A DNA stretch of 64,000 nt from an uncultured Pseudomonadota bacterium (lineage in GTDB: Bacteria; Pseudomonadota; Alphaproteobacteria; JACZXZ01), in NCBI GenBank assembly GCA_963749075.1, contig CAVVLJ010000020.1, forward strand, positions 544,001-608,000. Reading direction: 5' to 3'. A model generated the notes under the pieces. That model ran no database searches. It saw nothing but the letters and a program-made list of their open reading frames with translations, and was not told where the DNA came from. A program made the translations under genes and the position numbers. Positions within the stretch are counted from its first letter, which is position 1. Each line of letters begins with the position of its first letter. Of the stretch, positions 48,216 through 57,936 are shown piece by piece.

Positions 48216-48991
48216 GAGCCGGAAGCGCCTCCGCCGCCGAACGATCCGCCGCCGCCCGAGAAGCCGCCGCCAGAGAAGCCGCCCCCGCCGGACGAGCTGC
48301 CGGACGACCCGCCGAGCCAGAAGACCGAGCCGTGGCCGTGGCGATGCGGGTCGTGGCGGTGCCGCCACAAGCCGACGAGGACGATGCCCCAGATGCCGAA
48401 GAAGACCAGGCACCAGAGCGGGATGAAGATGGCGAGAAAGAGGGGGCTATCCTCCGCCTTCCCCCCGCCCGCGACCGCCTGCTCGCCGCCGAGCACGCGC
48501 AGCATGGCGGCGGTGCCGTTGCGCACGGCGGCGTCGAAATCGCCGCGGCGGAAGGCCGGCAGGATCACCTGCTCGATGATGACGCGGCTCTCGGCGTCGG
48601 TGAGGCGGCCCTCGAGGCCGTAGCCCACCTCGATGCGCACCTTGTGCTCGTTGGGCGCCACCAGGAGGATGGCGCCGTTGTCGCGCCCCTTCTGGCCGAT
48701 GCCCCAGCTGCGGCCGAGCTGGTAGCCGAAATCCTCGATCGCATAGCCTTGCAGCGACTTGACCGTCGCCACCACGATCTGCTCGCCCGTCGCCTTCTCG
48801 CGCGCGGCCAGCATCTCGGTGATCTCGTCGCGGGTCTTGGGCGACAGGATGCCGGCGTCGTCGACGACGCGGCCGCTCAGCTGAGGGAAGGACGGTGCCG
48901 CGGCGGCGACCGCCCCCAGGACCAGCCAGAGCGCCGCGGCGGCGCCCACGAACGCGGCGTGCCGGCGCCGCGGCCTCGGCCGAGGCGCCAT
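48209..48991 (-). CDS. TPM domain protein (YgcG-like) with Gly-rich tail
   Basis: RVVDDAGILS, WGIGQKG.DNG, RIEVGYGLEG, GGGSFGGGGASGSW. Confidence 0.88.
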   Translation of the reverse strand: MAPRPRPRRRHAAFVGAAAALWLVLGAVAAAAPSFPQLSGRVVDDAGILSPKTRDEITEMLAAREKATGEQIVVATVKSLQGYAIEDFGYQLGRSWGIGQKGRDNGAILLVAPNEHKVRIEVGYGLEGRLTDAESRVIIEQVILPAFRRGDFDAAVRNGTAAMLRVLGGEQAVAGGGKAEDSPLFLAIFIPLWCLVFFGIWGIVLVGLWRHRHDPHRHGHGSVFWLGGSSGSSSGGGGFSGGGFSGGGGSFGGGGASGSW

Positions 48992-49593
48992 CAGAACTTG
49001 ACCTGGGGCGGCTGCTGCGCCTGCTCGGAGATGGAGAAGGTCTCCTTGACCGTGGCATCGGGATAGAGCAGGGCCGCGATCCAGCGGCTGGGGATCGAGC
49101 GCAGCGTCGTGTTGTAGCGCTGCACCGCCTCGATGTAGTCGCGCCGCGCCACGGCGATGCGGTTCTCGGTGCCTTCGAGCTGCGATTGCAATGCCAAGAA
49201 ATTCTGGTCCGATTTGAGCTGGGGATAGCTCTCGCTCACCGCCAGGAGGCGCCCCAGCGCGCCGGTCAATGCGGCCTGGTTCTGCTCGAAGAGCTTGAAC
49301 GCATCGGGGTTGGTCAGAATGTTGGCCGGCAGTTGCATCTGCGTCGCCTTGGCGCGCGCCTCGGTGACGGCGGTGAGCACCTGCTGCTCCTGGCGGGCAT
49401 AGCCCTTCACCGTCTCGACGAGGTTCGGAATGAGGTCGGCGCGCCTCTGGTACTGGTTCAGCACCTGGCTCCACGCCGCCTTGACAGCCTCGTCCTGACG
49501 CGGCACCGCGTTGATGTCGGAGGCGGCGAGGGCGAGCGCGCCGAGCAGGACCACGGCGATGACCGCCGTTGCACCGCGAGACAAGCCGAACAT
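48991..49593 (-). CDS. lemA: LemA family protein
   Basis: QYQRRADLIPNLVETVKGYA, YPQLKS, QLEGTENRIAVAR. Confidence 0.92.
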   Translation of the reverse strand: MFGLSRGATAVIAVVLLGALALAASDINAVPRQDEAVKAAWSQVLNQYQRRADLIPNLVETVKGYARQEQQVLTAVTEARAKATQMQLPANILTNPDAFKLFEQNQAALTGALGRLLAVSESYPQLKSDQNFLALQSQLEGTENRIAVARRDYIEAVQRYNTTLRSIPSRWIAALLYPDATVKETFSISEQAQQPPQVKF

Positions 49594-49654
49594 CTCTACT
49601 CTCCCCCTGGGCGCAGCTCGAGGCAAGCTGCCTCGGCTAGCCCGGCATCGGGCG

Positions 49655-50359
49655 CTACTTGGCCAGCACGATCTCCACGCGGCGGTTCTTCTGGCGGCCC
49701 GCGGGATCGTCGGAGCCGTCGGGCTTGGTGTTGGGCGCCACCGGCTTGGTGGCGCCGAAGCCTTGCGTCGTCATCTTGACGTGGCCCAGCCCCTCTTTCT
49801 GCGCGAGCCACTGCTTCACGGATTCGGCGCGGCGCTCGGAGAGCTTCTGGTTGTAGGACGGGGTACCCTTGCCGTCGGTGTGGCCGTCGATGCGCACGCT
49901 GCGCCCCTTGCCCTTGTCCCTGATGATCCCGGCGACCGTATGGAGTGCTGCCGCCGCCTCGGGCTTGATCGTCGCCTTGTCGAAGTCGAAGAGCACGTTG
50001 GCCGAGAGCTCGATGCGGATCTCGGTGGCGGTCTCCTTGACCTGGAGGTCCTTGACCCCGCCCGAAAGATCGACCGCCTTGCCCCCGGTGCCCGCGGCGG
50101 CACCGCCGATCGCCTCGTTCTTGCCGGCGAGATCGACGACGATGAATTTCAGGTCGGTGATCCGGCCGGAAAGATCGAGAAGCTTCGCTCCGGCGTCCAG
50201 AACCTTCCCTGCGGCGCCGCCGGACCCGCCGCCCAAATCGACGACGGTGAACACAAGATCGAGCGTCTTCCCGCCGAGCGGTCCGCCCGCACCCTCCTGG
50301 GCCGGCGCCGCGCTGGCGCCGGCGGCGAGAAGAAGCGCAACGCAGCCAGCCAGGCGCAT
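49655..50359 (-). CDS. OmpA-domain exported protein
   Basis: Signal peptide; VLFDFDKA, GHTD, NQKLSERRA, GRQKNRRVEI. Confidence 0.88.
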   Translation of the reverse strand: MRLAGCVALLLAAGASAAPAQEGAGGPLGGKTLDLVFTVVDLGGGSGGAAGKVLDAGAKLLDLSGRITDLKFIVVDLAGKNEAIGGAAAGTGGKAVDLSGGVKDLQVKETATEIRIELSANVLFDFDKATIKPEAAAALHTVAGIIRDKGKGRSVRIDGHTDGKGTPSYNQKLSERRAESVKQWLAQKEGLGHVKMTTQGFGATKPVAPNTKPDGSDDPAGRQKNRRVEIVLAK

Positions 50360-50373
50360 CGCACCGGCTCCCT

Positions 50374-50839
50374 TCACTTGGCGAGCGGCACGTCGTCCAT
50401 GGGGATGAAATGCGGCACGACCACGCCGATCTTGTCGACGCCGTCGGGCGGCGCCGGGAATTTTACCCACAAGTTGATGCTGGCATGCGGGGCAATTTGG
50501 GGGATGTTGCGGCTGCAGACGCAAGTCTTGTCGGCGTCATGGATCGCCTCGTACTTCTTCTTGCCGGCCAGATCGACGAGATAGACGCCGTCGACGCTAT
50601 ATGACTCCTGGGCCCACAAACTGTCGAAAATTCGAACCCCCGAGTCCGAATCATTGAATACCGTGAAGCGCAGCATGACGGTTCCGCCGGTCACACGCTT
50701 CAGCTCCAGGACGTTCGATGCGAGTGCCCGTCGCCTCGCCGTCGGTGGAGGCGATGGGCGCTGCCGCAACCGGCTGCAATAGGGCGAACATCGACAAGCC
50801 GCAGAGCATCGCCAGCCAGACCAGTTTTCGCATAGCCAT
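50374..50839 (-). pseudogene. Secreted hypothetical protein with a single-base frameshift near 50715 (possibly a sequencing error)
   Basis: Signal peptide ...GEATGTRI in one frame continues as VLELKR..GTVMLRF...YLVD..GKKKY...CVCS...WVKFPAPP in another. Confidence 0.7.
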
Positions 50840-51039
50840 GACCCCCCCCTCATGCTGTCCCGACAAGCATTCGCGACGATCTTAAGAACCAAGATGAGAA
50901 CGGTTGCCCCGTCAGCCGCGAGAGATTAGCCGGTATTCCCCCGGCGATTGAACTCTAGACGCATTAGAATATAGAATTTTCCTTCGAGATGCACCGGAGA
51001 TTCATGGACGAGCGATGCCATATTCCGCCGAGGCCCGCC

Positions 51040-52779
51040 ATGTCGCACGATGACCCCAGAGAGAAGCCGCACGGCCTCGCCCGCGGTCTCACGCAATACG
51101 GCGATCCCGGCTTCGCCGCCTATCTCCGGCGCTCCTTCGCGCGCTCCATGGGCTATTCGGCGGCGCTCCTCAAGCGGCCTGTCGTCGGCATCGCCAACTC
51201 CGCGAGCGGACTCAACAACTGCCACCGCCATTTCCCCGAGCTCGTGGAGGCGGTGAAGCGCGGCGTGCTGGCGGCGGGCGGCCTGCCCCTCGAGTTCCCC
51301 ACCATCTCGCTGGGCGAGCCCTTCCTCGCCCCCACCAGCATGATGTTCCGCAACCTCATGGCGATGGACGTGGAGGAGATGGTGCGCGCCCAGCCGCTCG
51401 ACGCGGTGGTGCTGGTGGGCGGCTGCGACAAGACGGTGCCGGCCCAGCTCATGGGTGCCGCCTCCGCCGGCGTGCCCGCCATCCAGCTCGTGGCCGGCCC
51501 CATGATGACGGGCCGCTACCGCGAGCAGCGCCTCGGCGCCTGCACCGACTGCCGCCGCTTCTGGGCGCAATACCGCGCAGGCACCCTTCCGGGCGAGGAG
51601 ATCGAGCTCATCGAGAGCCGCCTCGCCACCACCGCCGGCACCTGCGCCGTCATGGGCACGGCCAGCACCATGGCGGCGATCTCCGAGACGCTGGGCATGA
51701 TCCTTCCCGGCACCGCGGCGATCCCGGCCGTGCATGCCGACCGCCTGCGCGCCGCCGAGGCGACGGGCGCGCGCGCGGTCGAGCTTGCCGGCTCGACGCT
51801 GACGCCGGAGAAGATCATCACGGAGAAGTCCGTCGAGAACGCGCTCCGCGTGCTGCTCGCCCTCGGCGGCTCGACCAATGCCATCGTGCATCTGACCGCG
51901 GTCGCCGGCCGGCTCGGCATCCCGGTGCCGCTCTCGCGGCTCAACGAGCTCAGCGACGCGACGCCGGTGCTGGTCGACTTGAAGCCGGTCGGCGAGCATT
52001 ACATGGAGGACTTCTTCGCGGCGGGCGGCGTCGGTGCCGTGCTCGCGGAGCTCAGGCCGCTCCTCCACCTCGACTGCATGACCGTCACCGGCGAGACGCT
52101 CGAGCAAGTCCTCGCCGCGCGGCCGGCCTGGGTCGACCGCCGCATCGTGCGGCCGCGAGAGGAGCCGTTCCAGCCCCAGGGCGGCCTCGTAGCACTCTTC
52201 GGCAGCTTGGCCCCGCGCGGCGCCATCTTGAAGCGCGCCGCGGCCTCGCCGCAGCTCTTCGAGACCGAGGGGCGCGCCGTGGTCTTCGCCTCGCTCGAGG
52301 ACTTGGCGCGGCGCATCGACGATCCGGCGCTCGACGTGACGCCCGAGGATTTCCTCGTGCTGCAGAATGCCGGCCCCAAGAGCCCCGCTGCGATGCCGGA
52401 GGCTGGCTATCTGCCGATCCCGGGGAAGCTCGCGCGCCAGGGCGTCAAGGACATGGTGCGCATCTCGGACGCGCGCATGAGCGGCACCGCGTTCGGCACC
52501 ATCGTGCTCCATGTGACGCCCGAGGCCGCCGACGGTGGGCCGCTCGGCCTTGTTAAGAGCGGCGACCGCATCCGGCTCAGCGTGAACGAGCGCCGCATCG
52601 ACCTCCTGGTGGACGCGGCCGAGCTCGCCCTCAGGCGGCAGAGCCAGGTGCCGGCGAGCGTTCCCGCGCGCGGCTACGCCAGGCTCTTCCACCAACACGT
52701 GCTGCAAGCGGACGGCGGCTGCGACTTCGATTTCCTCCGCCCGCCCGGGCGCGCAGCGAACGGCATGCCGAGCCCCTGA
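51040..52779 (+). CDS. IlvD/Edd family dehydratase
   Basis: NNCH, GGCDKTVPA, GTCAVMGTASTM, SDARMSGT. Confidence 0.9.
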   Translation: MSHDDPREKPHGLARGLTQYGDPGFAAYLRRSFARSMGYSAALLKRPVVGIANSASGLNNCHRHFPELVEAVKRGVLAAGGLPLEFPTISLGEPFLAPTSMMFRNLMAMDVEEMVRAQPLDAVVLVGGCDKTVPAQLMGAASAGVPAIQLVAGPMMTGRYREQRLGACTDCRRFWAQYRAGTLPGEEIELIESRLATTAGTCAVMGTASTMAAISETLGMILPGTAAIPAVHADRLRAAEATGARAVELAGSTLTPEKIITEKSVENALRVLLALGGSTNAIVHLTAVAGRLGIPVPLSRLNELSDATPVLVDLKPVGEHYMEDFFAAGGVGAVLAELRPLLHLDCMTVTGETLEQVLAARPAWVDRRIVRPREEPFQPQGGLVALFGSLAPRGAILKRAAASPQLFETEGRAVVFASLEDLARRIDDPALDVTPEDFLVLQNAGPKSPAAMPEAGYLPIPGKLARQGVKDMVRISDARMSGTAFGTIVLHVTPEAADGGPLGLVKSGDRIRLSVNERRIDLLVDAAELALRRQSQVPASVPARGYARLFHQHVLQADGGCDFDFLRPPGRAANGMPSP

Positions 52780-52891
52780 GCCGCGCACGATTATTGCCTC
52801 GCTTCCGCCAGTCGTGTTAGGATGTGTCGTGGTTCCTGAAGCCGTCCCCGGCGGAGGCCCGCCGCGCGGACGGGGGGGAGGGACGAAGACG

Positions 52892-53119
52892 ATGAAGACG
52901 CTGGATTTGCGGGTTTCGTTTCTCATTGCCGCAGCTTGGCTCCTCGCCCTCACGATGTTCTCGATGTGGCGTGGCGCGTCGTTCGGCGGGGAGGAGATTG
53001 GCATCTTCAGTGCGCTGGGGCCGCTTCCCGTTGCGTCGCAGGACATGGCGGCTGCACAGGCTCCCAAGCACAACAAGCTGCCGATCCATTGGGCCCATCA
53101 GCGCTGGGGCGCTGTCTAA
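52892..53119 (+). CDS. Small hypothetical membrane or exported protein
   Basis: SD GGAGG; N-terminal hydrophobic stretch; 75 aa. Confidence 0.45.
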   Translation: MKTLDLRVSFLIAAAWLLALTMFSMWRGASFGGEEIGIFSALGPLPVASQDMAAAQAPKHNKLPIHWAHQRWGAV

Positions 53120-53327
53120 GCAACAACAATAGCCGCGCCGGGCGCCGTCCGCCGGACATCGCAGAGCCGGAAGAGGTGCTGTTCGCGATCGCCGATGCCG
53201 GCTCGATGCTGCCGTCCTGGCTTGCCGGACGACACGGGGCAGCTCGTGCGCTTCCTCGTTCCCCTCGTCGCTCGCTTGCTTTATCGTGCTCGGCAAAATA
53301 CGCCGCGGAGGAAGCGAGGAGCCTGCC

Positions 53328-53957
53328 ATGCAGCTTTACGACTGTAAGCCCGCGCCGAGCCCGCGGCGCGTGCGCATCTTCATGGCCGAGAAGGGCATCG
53401 CCATCCCCACGATCCAGGTCGATCTGCGCGCGGGGGAGCAGTTCACGCCCGCCTTCAGCACCGTCAACCCGCAATGCGTGGTGCCCTATCTCGTGCTCGA
53501 CGACGGCACGGGCATCTGCGAGGTGCCGGCGATCTGGCGCTACCTCGAGGAGAGCTACCCGTCGCCGCCGCTCATGGGCATTGACGCCAAGGACAAGGCG
53601 CTCGTCGCCATGTGGGAGCGGCGTGCCGAGCTCGAGGGCTTCCTCGCGGTGGGCGAGGCGTTCCGCAACTCGAGCCCCGCCTTCAAGGACCATGCGCTCT
53701 CGGGTCCGCACATCTACGCGCAGATCCCGGCCCTCGTCGAGCGCGGCAAGGCGCGCTTCGCCGACTTCCTCGGCGAGCTCGACGGCTGGCTCGCCGCGCG
53801 CGAATTCGTGGCCGGCCCGCGCTACACCGTGGCCGACATCACCGCCCTCGTCGCCGTCGATTTCGCGGGCTGGATGAAGATCGCCATCCCCGCCGAATGC
53901 CGGAACGTGCGGCGCTGGTACGACGCGGTCGCCGCCCGCCCGAGCGCCAAGGCGTGA
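53328..53957 (+). CDS. Glutathione S-transferase family protein
   Basis: APSPRRVRIF.AEK, VNP..VP.L.LDDG, YTVADIT. Confidence 0.88.
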   Translation: MQLYDCKPAPSPRRVRIFMAEKGIAIPTIQVDLRAGEQFTPAFSTVNPQCVVPYLVLDDGTGICEVPAIWRYLEESYPSPPLMGIDAKDKALVAMWERRAELEGFLAVGEAFRNSSPAFKDHALSGPHIYAQIPALVERGKARFADFLGELDGWLAAREFVAGPRYTVADITALVAVDFAGWMKIAIPAECRNVRRWYDAVAARPSAKA

Positions 53958-53975
53958 CGAGGGGACGAAGCGGGT

Positions 53976-54105
53976 GCACGACGGAGGACACGGAGAGCGG
54001 AGAGAGTGAGGTTTCAGCGCAGAGGGCGCTGAGGTTTCGCGGTGGCCGCAGTGAGATTGATACCATCGCGTACCCTGCGAGACCTCAGCGTCCTCCGCGC
54101 TAAAT
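53976..54105. repeat. Palindromic element of the (C)GCAGAGGACGC(A/T)GAG type
   Basis: TTTCAGCGCAGAGGGCGCTGAGG (~54012) is inverted with CCTCAGCGTCCTCCGCGCTAAA (~54083); half unit ACGGAGGACACGGAG at ~53981. Confidence 0.65.
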
Positions 54106-54157
54106 CCTCCTCTTCTTCTCTGGCGAAACCGATCGGGCGCGGTGAAAGAGGTTCGCG

Positions 54158-55036
54158 ATGACGCTGCCCAAGGACCGCATCGCCTATTCCGCCATCGTCG
54201 ACCGCCCGCCGCTCAAGCTGCCGGGCGGGGCGCGGCTCATCGTGTGGCCCATCGTCAACCTCGAGGTGTGGGAGATCGCACGTCCCATGCCGCGCCAGGT
54301 GCTGCCGGCGCCGGCGGGTGCCGCCGTGGTGCCGGACGTGCCCAACTGGGCCTGGCACGAGTACGGCATGCGGGTCGGCTTCTGGCGCCTCAAGGCGGCA
54401 CTCGAGCGCTTCGCCGTGACCCCCACCCTCTCGATCAATGCCGCGGTGGTGAACGAGTATCCGCGCGTGGCCGAGGCGGCGCGCGACGGGGGCTGGGAGT
54501 TCATGGGCCACAGCTTCGTTCAGATGCCCATCCACCAGCTCGCGGACGAGCGCGCGGCGATCGCGCAGTCGCTCGATACGCTCGCCGCCTTCACCGGTGC
54601 CCGCCCGCGCGGCTGGCTCGGCCCCGGCCTGACCGAGACCTACGAGACCCTCGATCACCTGGCCGAAGCGGGCATCGAATATATCGGCGATTGGGTGTTC
54701 GACGATCAGCCGGCGACGCTGCGGACCGCGCACGGCCCCATCGTGGCGCTGCCCTACACGGTCGAGCAGAACGACATCCCGATGATGATCGTGCAGCATC
54801 ACCGGGCGGACGAGCTCTTCTCGCGCACGCGCGACGCCTTCGACCGGCTCCATGCCGAGGGCGGAGAGAGCGCGCGCGTGCTGGCGCTCGCCGTGCATCC
54901 CTACATCAGCGGTGTCGCGCACCGCATCCGGCACTTCGAGGCCATCCTCGAGTATATGAAAGCCCGCGAGGGCGTGCTGTTCTGGACCGGCGCCGAGATC
55001 CTCGACTGGTACCGCGCCGCCGCCAGGGCGGCCTGA
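54158..55036 (+). CDS. Polysaccharide deacetylase family protein (PuuE-like)
   Basis: WHEYGMRVG.WR, EFMGH, RGWLGPGLTET, AVHPYISG. Confidence 0.87.
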   Translation: MTLPKDRIAYSAIVDRPPLKLPGGARLIVWPIVNLEVWEIARPMPRQVLPAPAGAAVVPDVPNWAWHEYGMRVGFWRLKAALERFAVTPTLSINAAVVNEYPRVAEAARDGGWEFMGHSFVQMPIHQLADERAAIAQSLDTLAAFTGARPRGWLGPGLTETYETLDHLAEAGIEYIGDWVFDDQPATLRTAHGPIVALPYTVEQNDIPMMIVQHHRADELFSRTRDAFDRLHAEGGESARVLALAVHPYISGVAHRIRHFEAILEYMKAREGVLFWTGAEILDWYRAAARAA

Positions 55037-55055
55037 GGGGAAATAAGGAAACACC

Positions 55056-56354
55056 ATGAGCGAGGACATCCTGGCGGCGGGCTTCAAGGAGACGCCATTC
55101 TGGTGGGAGGCCGCACCCATCTCCCCACGCCCGGCGCGCGAGCTGCCGAAGCACGTCGACGTAGCGGTGATCGGCGCCGGCTATTCGGGGCTTTCGGCTG
55201 CCCTCACGCTGGCGCGCGCCGGACGCTCGGTCCTCGTGCTCGAGGCCGGCGTTCCCGGCGAGGGGGCGAGCTCGAGGAATGGCGGCATGTGCGGCGACCA
55301 GCTCAAGCCCTCGCTCGAGGAGCTCACCCGCCGCTACGGCGAGAAGCTCGCGGTGGCCCTCCTCAAGGAGGGGCGCGAGGCCCTCGAGTTCCTGGCCTCC
55401 TTCATCACGCAAGAGGGCATCGAGTGCCATTTCTCGCGCATGGGGCGCTTCACGGGCGCCCTCAAGCGGGGCCAGTACGAGGAGATGGCGCGCATTTCGG
55501 AAACGCTCAGGAAGGTGAACGGCTTCGAGTTCGACATGGTGGGGAAGGCCGAGGTGCGCCAGGAGATCGGCACCGACGCCTATGTGGGCGGCCGCGTCAC
55601 CCATCACCACGGCGGCCTCCACCCGGCACTCTATCACCGCGAGCTCCTGAAGCGCGCGCTTGCGGCCGGTGCCCAGATAGCAGGCGAGACGCCGATGACG
55701 GGCTTGAGGCGCGAGATGCGCGGCTTCACCGTCGGCACGCCCAAAGGCGAGGTCGAGGCGCGCGACGTGATCGTCACCACCAACGGCTATACCGGCCCGG
55801 TGACGGACTGGCTGCGCCGCCGCGTCATCCCGGTGACGAGCTACATCATCGCGACCGAAGAGCTCTCCGGCAACCTCATGCTTGAGCTCATGCCCAAGGG
55901 GCGCATGATGACCGATACCAACCGCCTCCTCGTCTATTTCCGCCCGTCGCACGACGGCAAGCGCATCCTCTTCGGCGGCCGCGCCCACTACCGCCCGGCC
56001 GACCTCAAGGAGGCAGGTGCGATCTTGCGCCGCTACCTGGTGCGCCTCTTCCCCGAGCTCTCGGAGACGCGGCTCAGCCACAGCTGGTACGGCTTCATCG
56101 CCTACAGCTTCGACCGCCTGCCCCACAGCGGGATTTCCGACGGCGTGCATTACGCGCTCGGCTACTGCGGCTCGGGCGTGGTGATGTCGACCTGGCTCGG
56201 GCGCAAGGCGGCCTTGAGCGTGCTCGGCTCGCTCGAGGGCCGAAGCGCCTTCGCAGAGATCGGCCATCCGAGCTTGCCGCTCTACCGCGGCACGCCGTGG
56301 TTCCTGCCGCTCGTCAAGGCATACTACTACGCCGCGGACGTGCTAGGCCGCTGA
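55056..56354 (+). CDS. FAD-dependent oxidoreductase (DAO/PuuB-like)
   Basis: GAGYSGLS, GASSRNGG, TNGYT, GYCGSGV. Confidence 0.88.
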   Translation: MSEDILAAGFKETPFWWEAAPISPRPARELPKHVDVAVIGAGYSGLSAALTLARAGRSVLVLEAGVPGEGASSRNGGMCGDQLKPSLEELTRRYGEKLAVALLKEGREALEFLASFITQEGIECHFSRMGRFTGALKRGQYEEMARISETLRKVNGFEFDMVGKAEVRQEIGTDAYVGGRVTHHHGGLHPALYHRELLKRALAAGAQIAGETPMTGLRREMRGFTVGTPKGEVEARDVIVTTNGYTGPVTDWLRRRVIPVTSYIIATEELSGNLMLELMPKGRMMTDTNRLLVYFRPSHDGKRILFGGRAHYRPADLKEAGAILRRYLVRLFPELSETRLSHSWYGFIAYSFDRLPHSGISDGVHYALGYCGSGVVMSTWLGRKAALSVLGSLEGRSAFAEIGHPSLPLYRGTPWFLPLVKAYYYAADVLGR

Positions 56355-56360
56355 GCCGGG

Positions 56361-56725
56361 TCATGCGGCACCCCAGCCTCGCGGAACGAGCAGCTTCGCC
56401 GCCGCCGACAGGCGATGGCGCAGGACTTCGCGCCGCGCCGTGGCGTGGTCCGCCATCCAATTGAACATGACGTAGCGTCTCACCCCGACGTAAGGCTTGT
56501 GGCCGTGATAGGACCGCTCGGTGCGGCGAAAAGCCGCAAGCGTACCTCCAGTTGGCGGCACCTCGGCAGCCGCGTCCTCGATAACCCCGCGGCTGATGTT
56601 CTTGGCCAAATTCTTCTGAAAAACGCCGCGGTATACGACCTCCACGGAACCGGTAGCCATAGCACGTACCTCCTGGCCGACTTGACCAAAATTACGTCCG
56701 GATTTTTGGAGTACGTATTTTCCAT
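56361..56725 (-). pseudogene. Chimeric remnant: N-terminal fragment resembling a 2-oxoacid:ferredoxin oxidoreductase gamma/delta subunit joined to a 2OG-Fe(II) oxygenase C-terminus
   Basis: VEVVYRGVFQKNLAKNISRGV joins AEVPP.GGTL.AFRR.ERSYHGHKPY.G.RR...FNW; frameshift near 56660. Confidence 0.5.
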
Positions 56726-57089
56726 CCCTTTTGGTAGCGCTCGTTGAGATATTGATACGAACTAGCGGCCGGGAAAATGATCTGGATCGAATTCGCGCCT
56801 CTCGATTGCGCTATGCTCGACGCAAATGTGCCGCTCTTCCTCGGCTGCGTGGAGCGCGGACGTTTGGGTGCAAAGGTTATCCTGGCCGCCGCCGATGCGC
56901 GCGCGGCGGTCGGTTGGGCGCGTGCGTCCTTCGTGACATGGGGCTGTCAGCGAACCTGATCACCATCGTCAAAACAAGCGGATGTCCGGTTGGGGCCAAT
57001 AATGAAGAGAGTCCGTTCGTCATTTGAGCCTGTCCGGCTCGGTGGTGCAACGGGACGGGGCGTGGAGCCCCCAACGAGCTCAAACGCCC

Positions 57090-57268
57090 CGCCCCGTTGC
57101 GTCACGGAGGCGCCGAGCCTGGCTCGGCCGCTGTTACCGTCTCGCCAAGGACTTTGAGAACCTCACCCGTACCGCCTGGGCCTTCGTTGTGCTCGCCGGC
57201 ATCCGCCTCATGGTCCGTCGACCAGCGAGGCTCGGTCCAAGAACCAAAACTTTCCGAACAGACACTTA
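57090..57268 (+). mobile_element. IS5-family transposase C-terminal remnant and element end
   Basis: AWLGRCYRLAKDFENLTR..WAF..LA.IRLM.RR followed by TTTCCGAACAGACACTTA. Confidence 0.72.
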
Positions 57269-57378
57269 TGTTTTTGATAACAATATCTTAACGATATTCT
57301 GTTAATGTGCTGCAATGCGATATTGAAAAACCGCTCAGAATTGGTCAGGTTTGCTTCTGAGGCAGATATTTGGTTCTG

Positions 57379-57837
57379 CTAGGTCCCGTTTACAGAGTTG
57401 CCAGACGTAGGCAGCGTCAGATGGTAGCGAGATGAAGGGTGTCGAGGAAGGATCGAGCGAGCTTGTCGTAGTGTGTGGCGACGGTGCGGTTGAGCTTGTC
57501 CGCCATCGCGTGCGCCAGCGTGGAAGCAACAGCCTCCCACACGCCGGCCTCGCTCCAGCGTCGGAAGCGCTAGTACACGTTTATCCATTTACCGTACTTC
57601 TCCGGAACGTCCCGCCAAGGGGCGCCGGTCCGCAGCCGCCAGAGAATGCGGTTCACGATGGTTCGGTTGTCGAACGACGGTCGGCTCTTGCGGCCACGCT
57701 CCGCCGGCAGCAAATCCTTCAACAATCGTCGTTTGGCTTCGCTCAGATCGCCTCGGCTCAAGGTCCCCTCCTCTCCAAGAGGAATCCTTGAATCGAAATT
57801 CGATTCGGGCGTCATTCATTTTGTAAACAGGGCCCAG
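57379..57837 (-). mobile_element. Internally deleted IS5-family element retaining both terminal inverted repeats
   Basis: DNR...N.ILWRLRTGAPWRDVPEKYG.W..VY(stop)RFRRWS..GVW fused to VATHYDKLA.SF; ends CTAGGTCCCGTTTACA and TGTAAACAGGGCCCAG. Confidence 0.8.
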
Positions 57838-57936
57838 CACCGTGAGACGGATGGAACTGAGTCGACCACGTTACGGAGATACCTAAAAACCCGGACAGGA
57901 AATTCGCGCGTTACTAGAGTCAAGGACTCAAATTCG

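Noticed and set aside
48215-48320. GCC-rich low-complexity repeat
   Set aside because: It encodes the normal Gly/Ser tail of YgcG-type TPM proteins.
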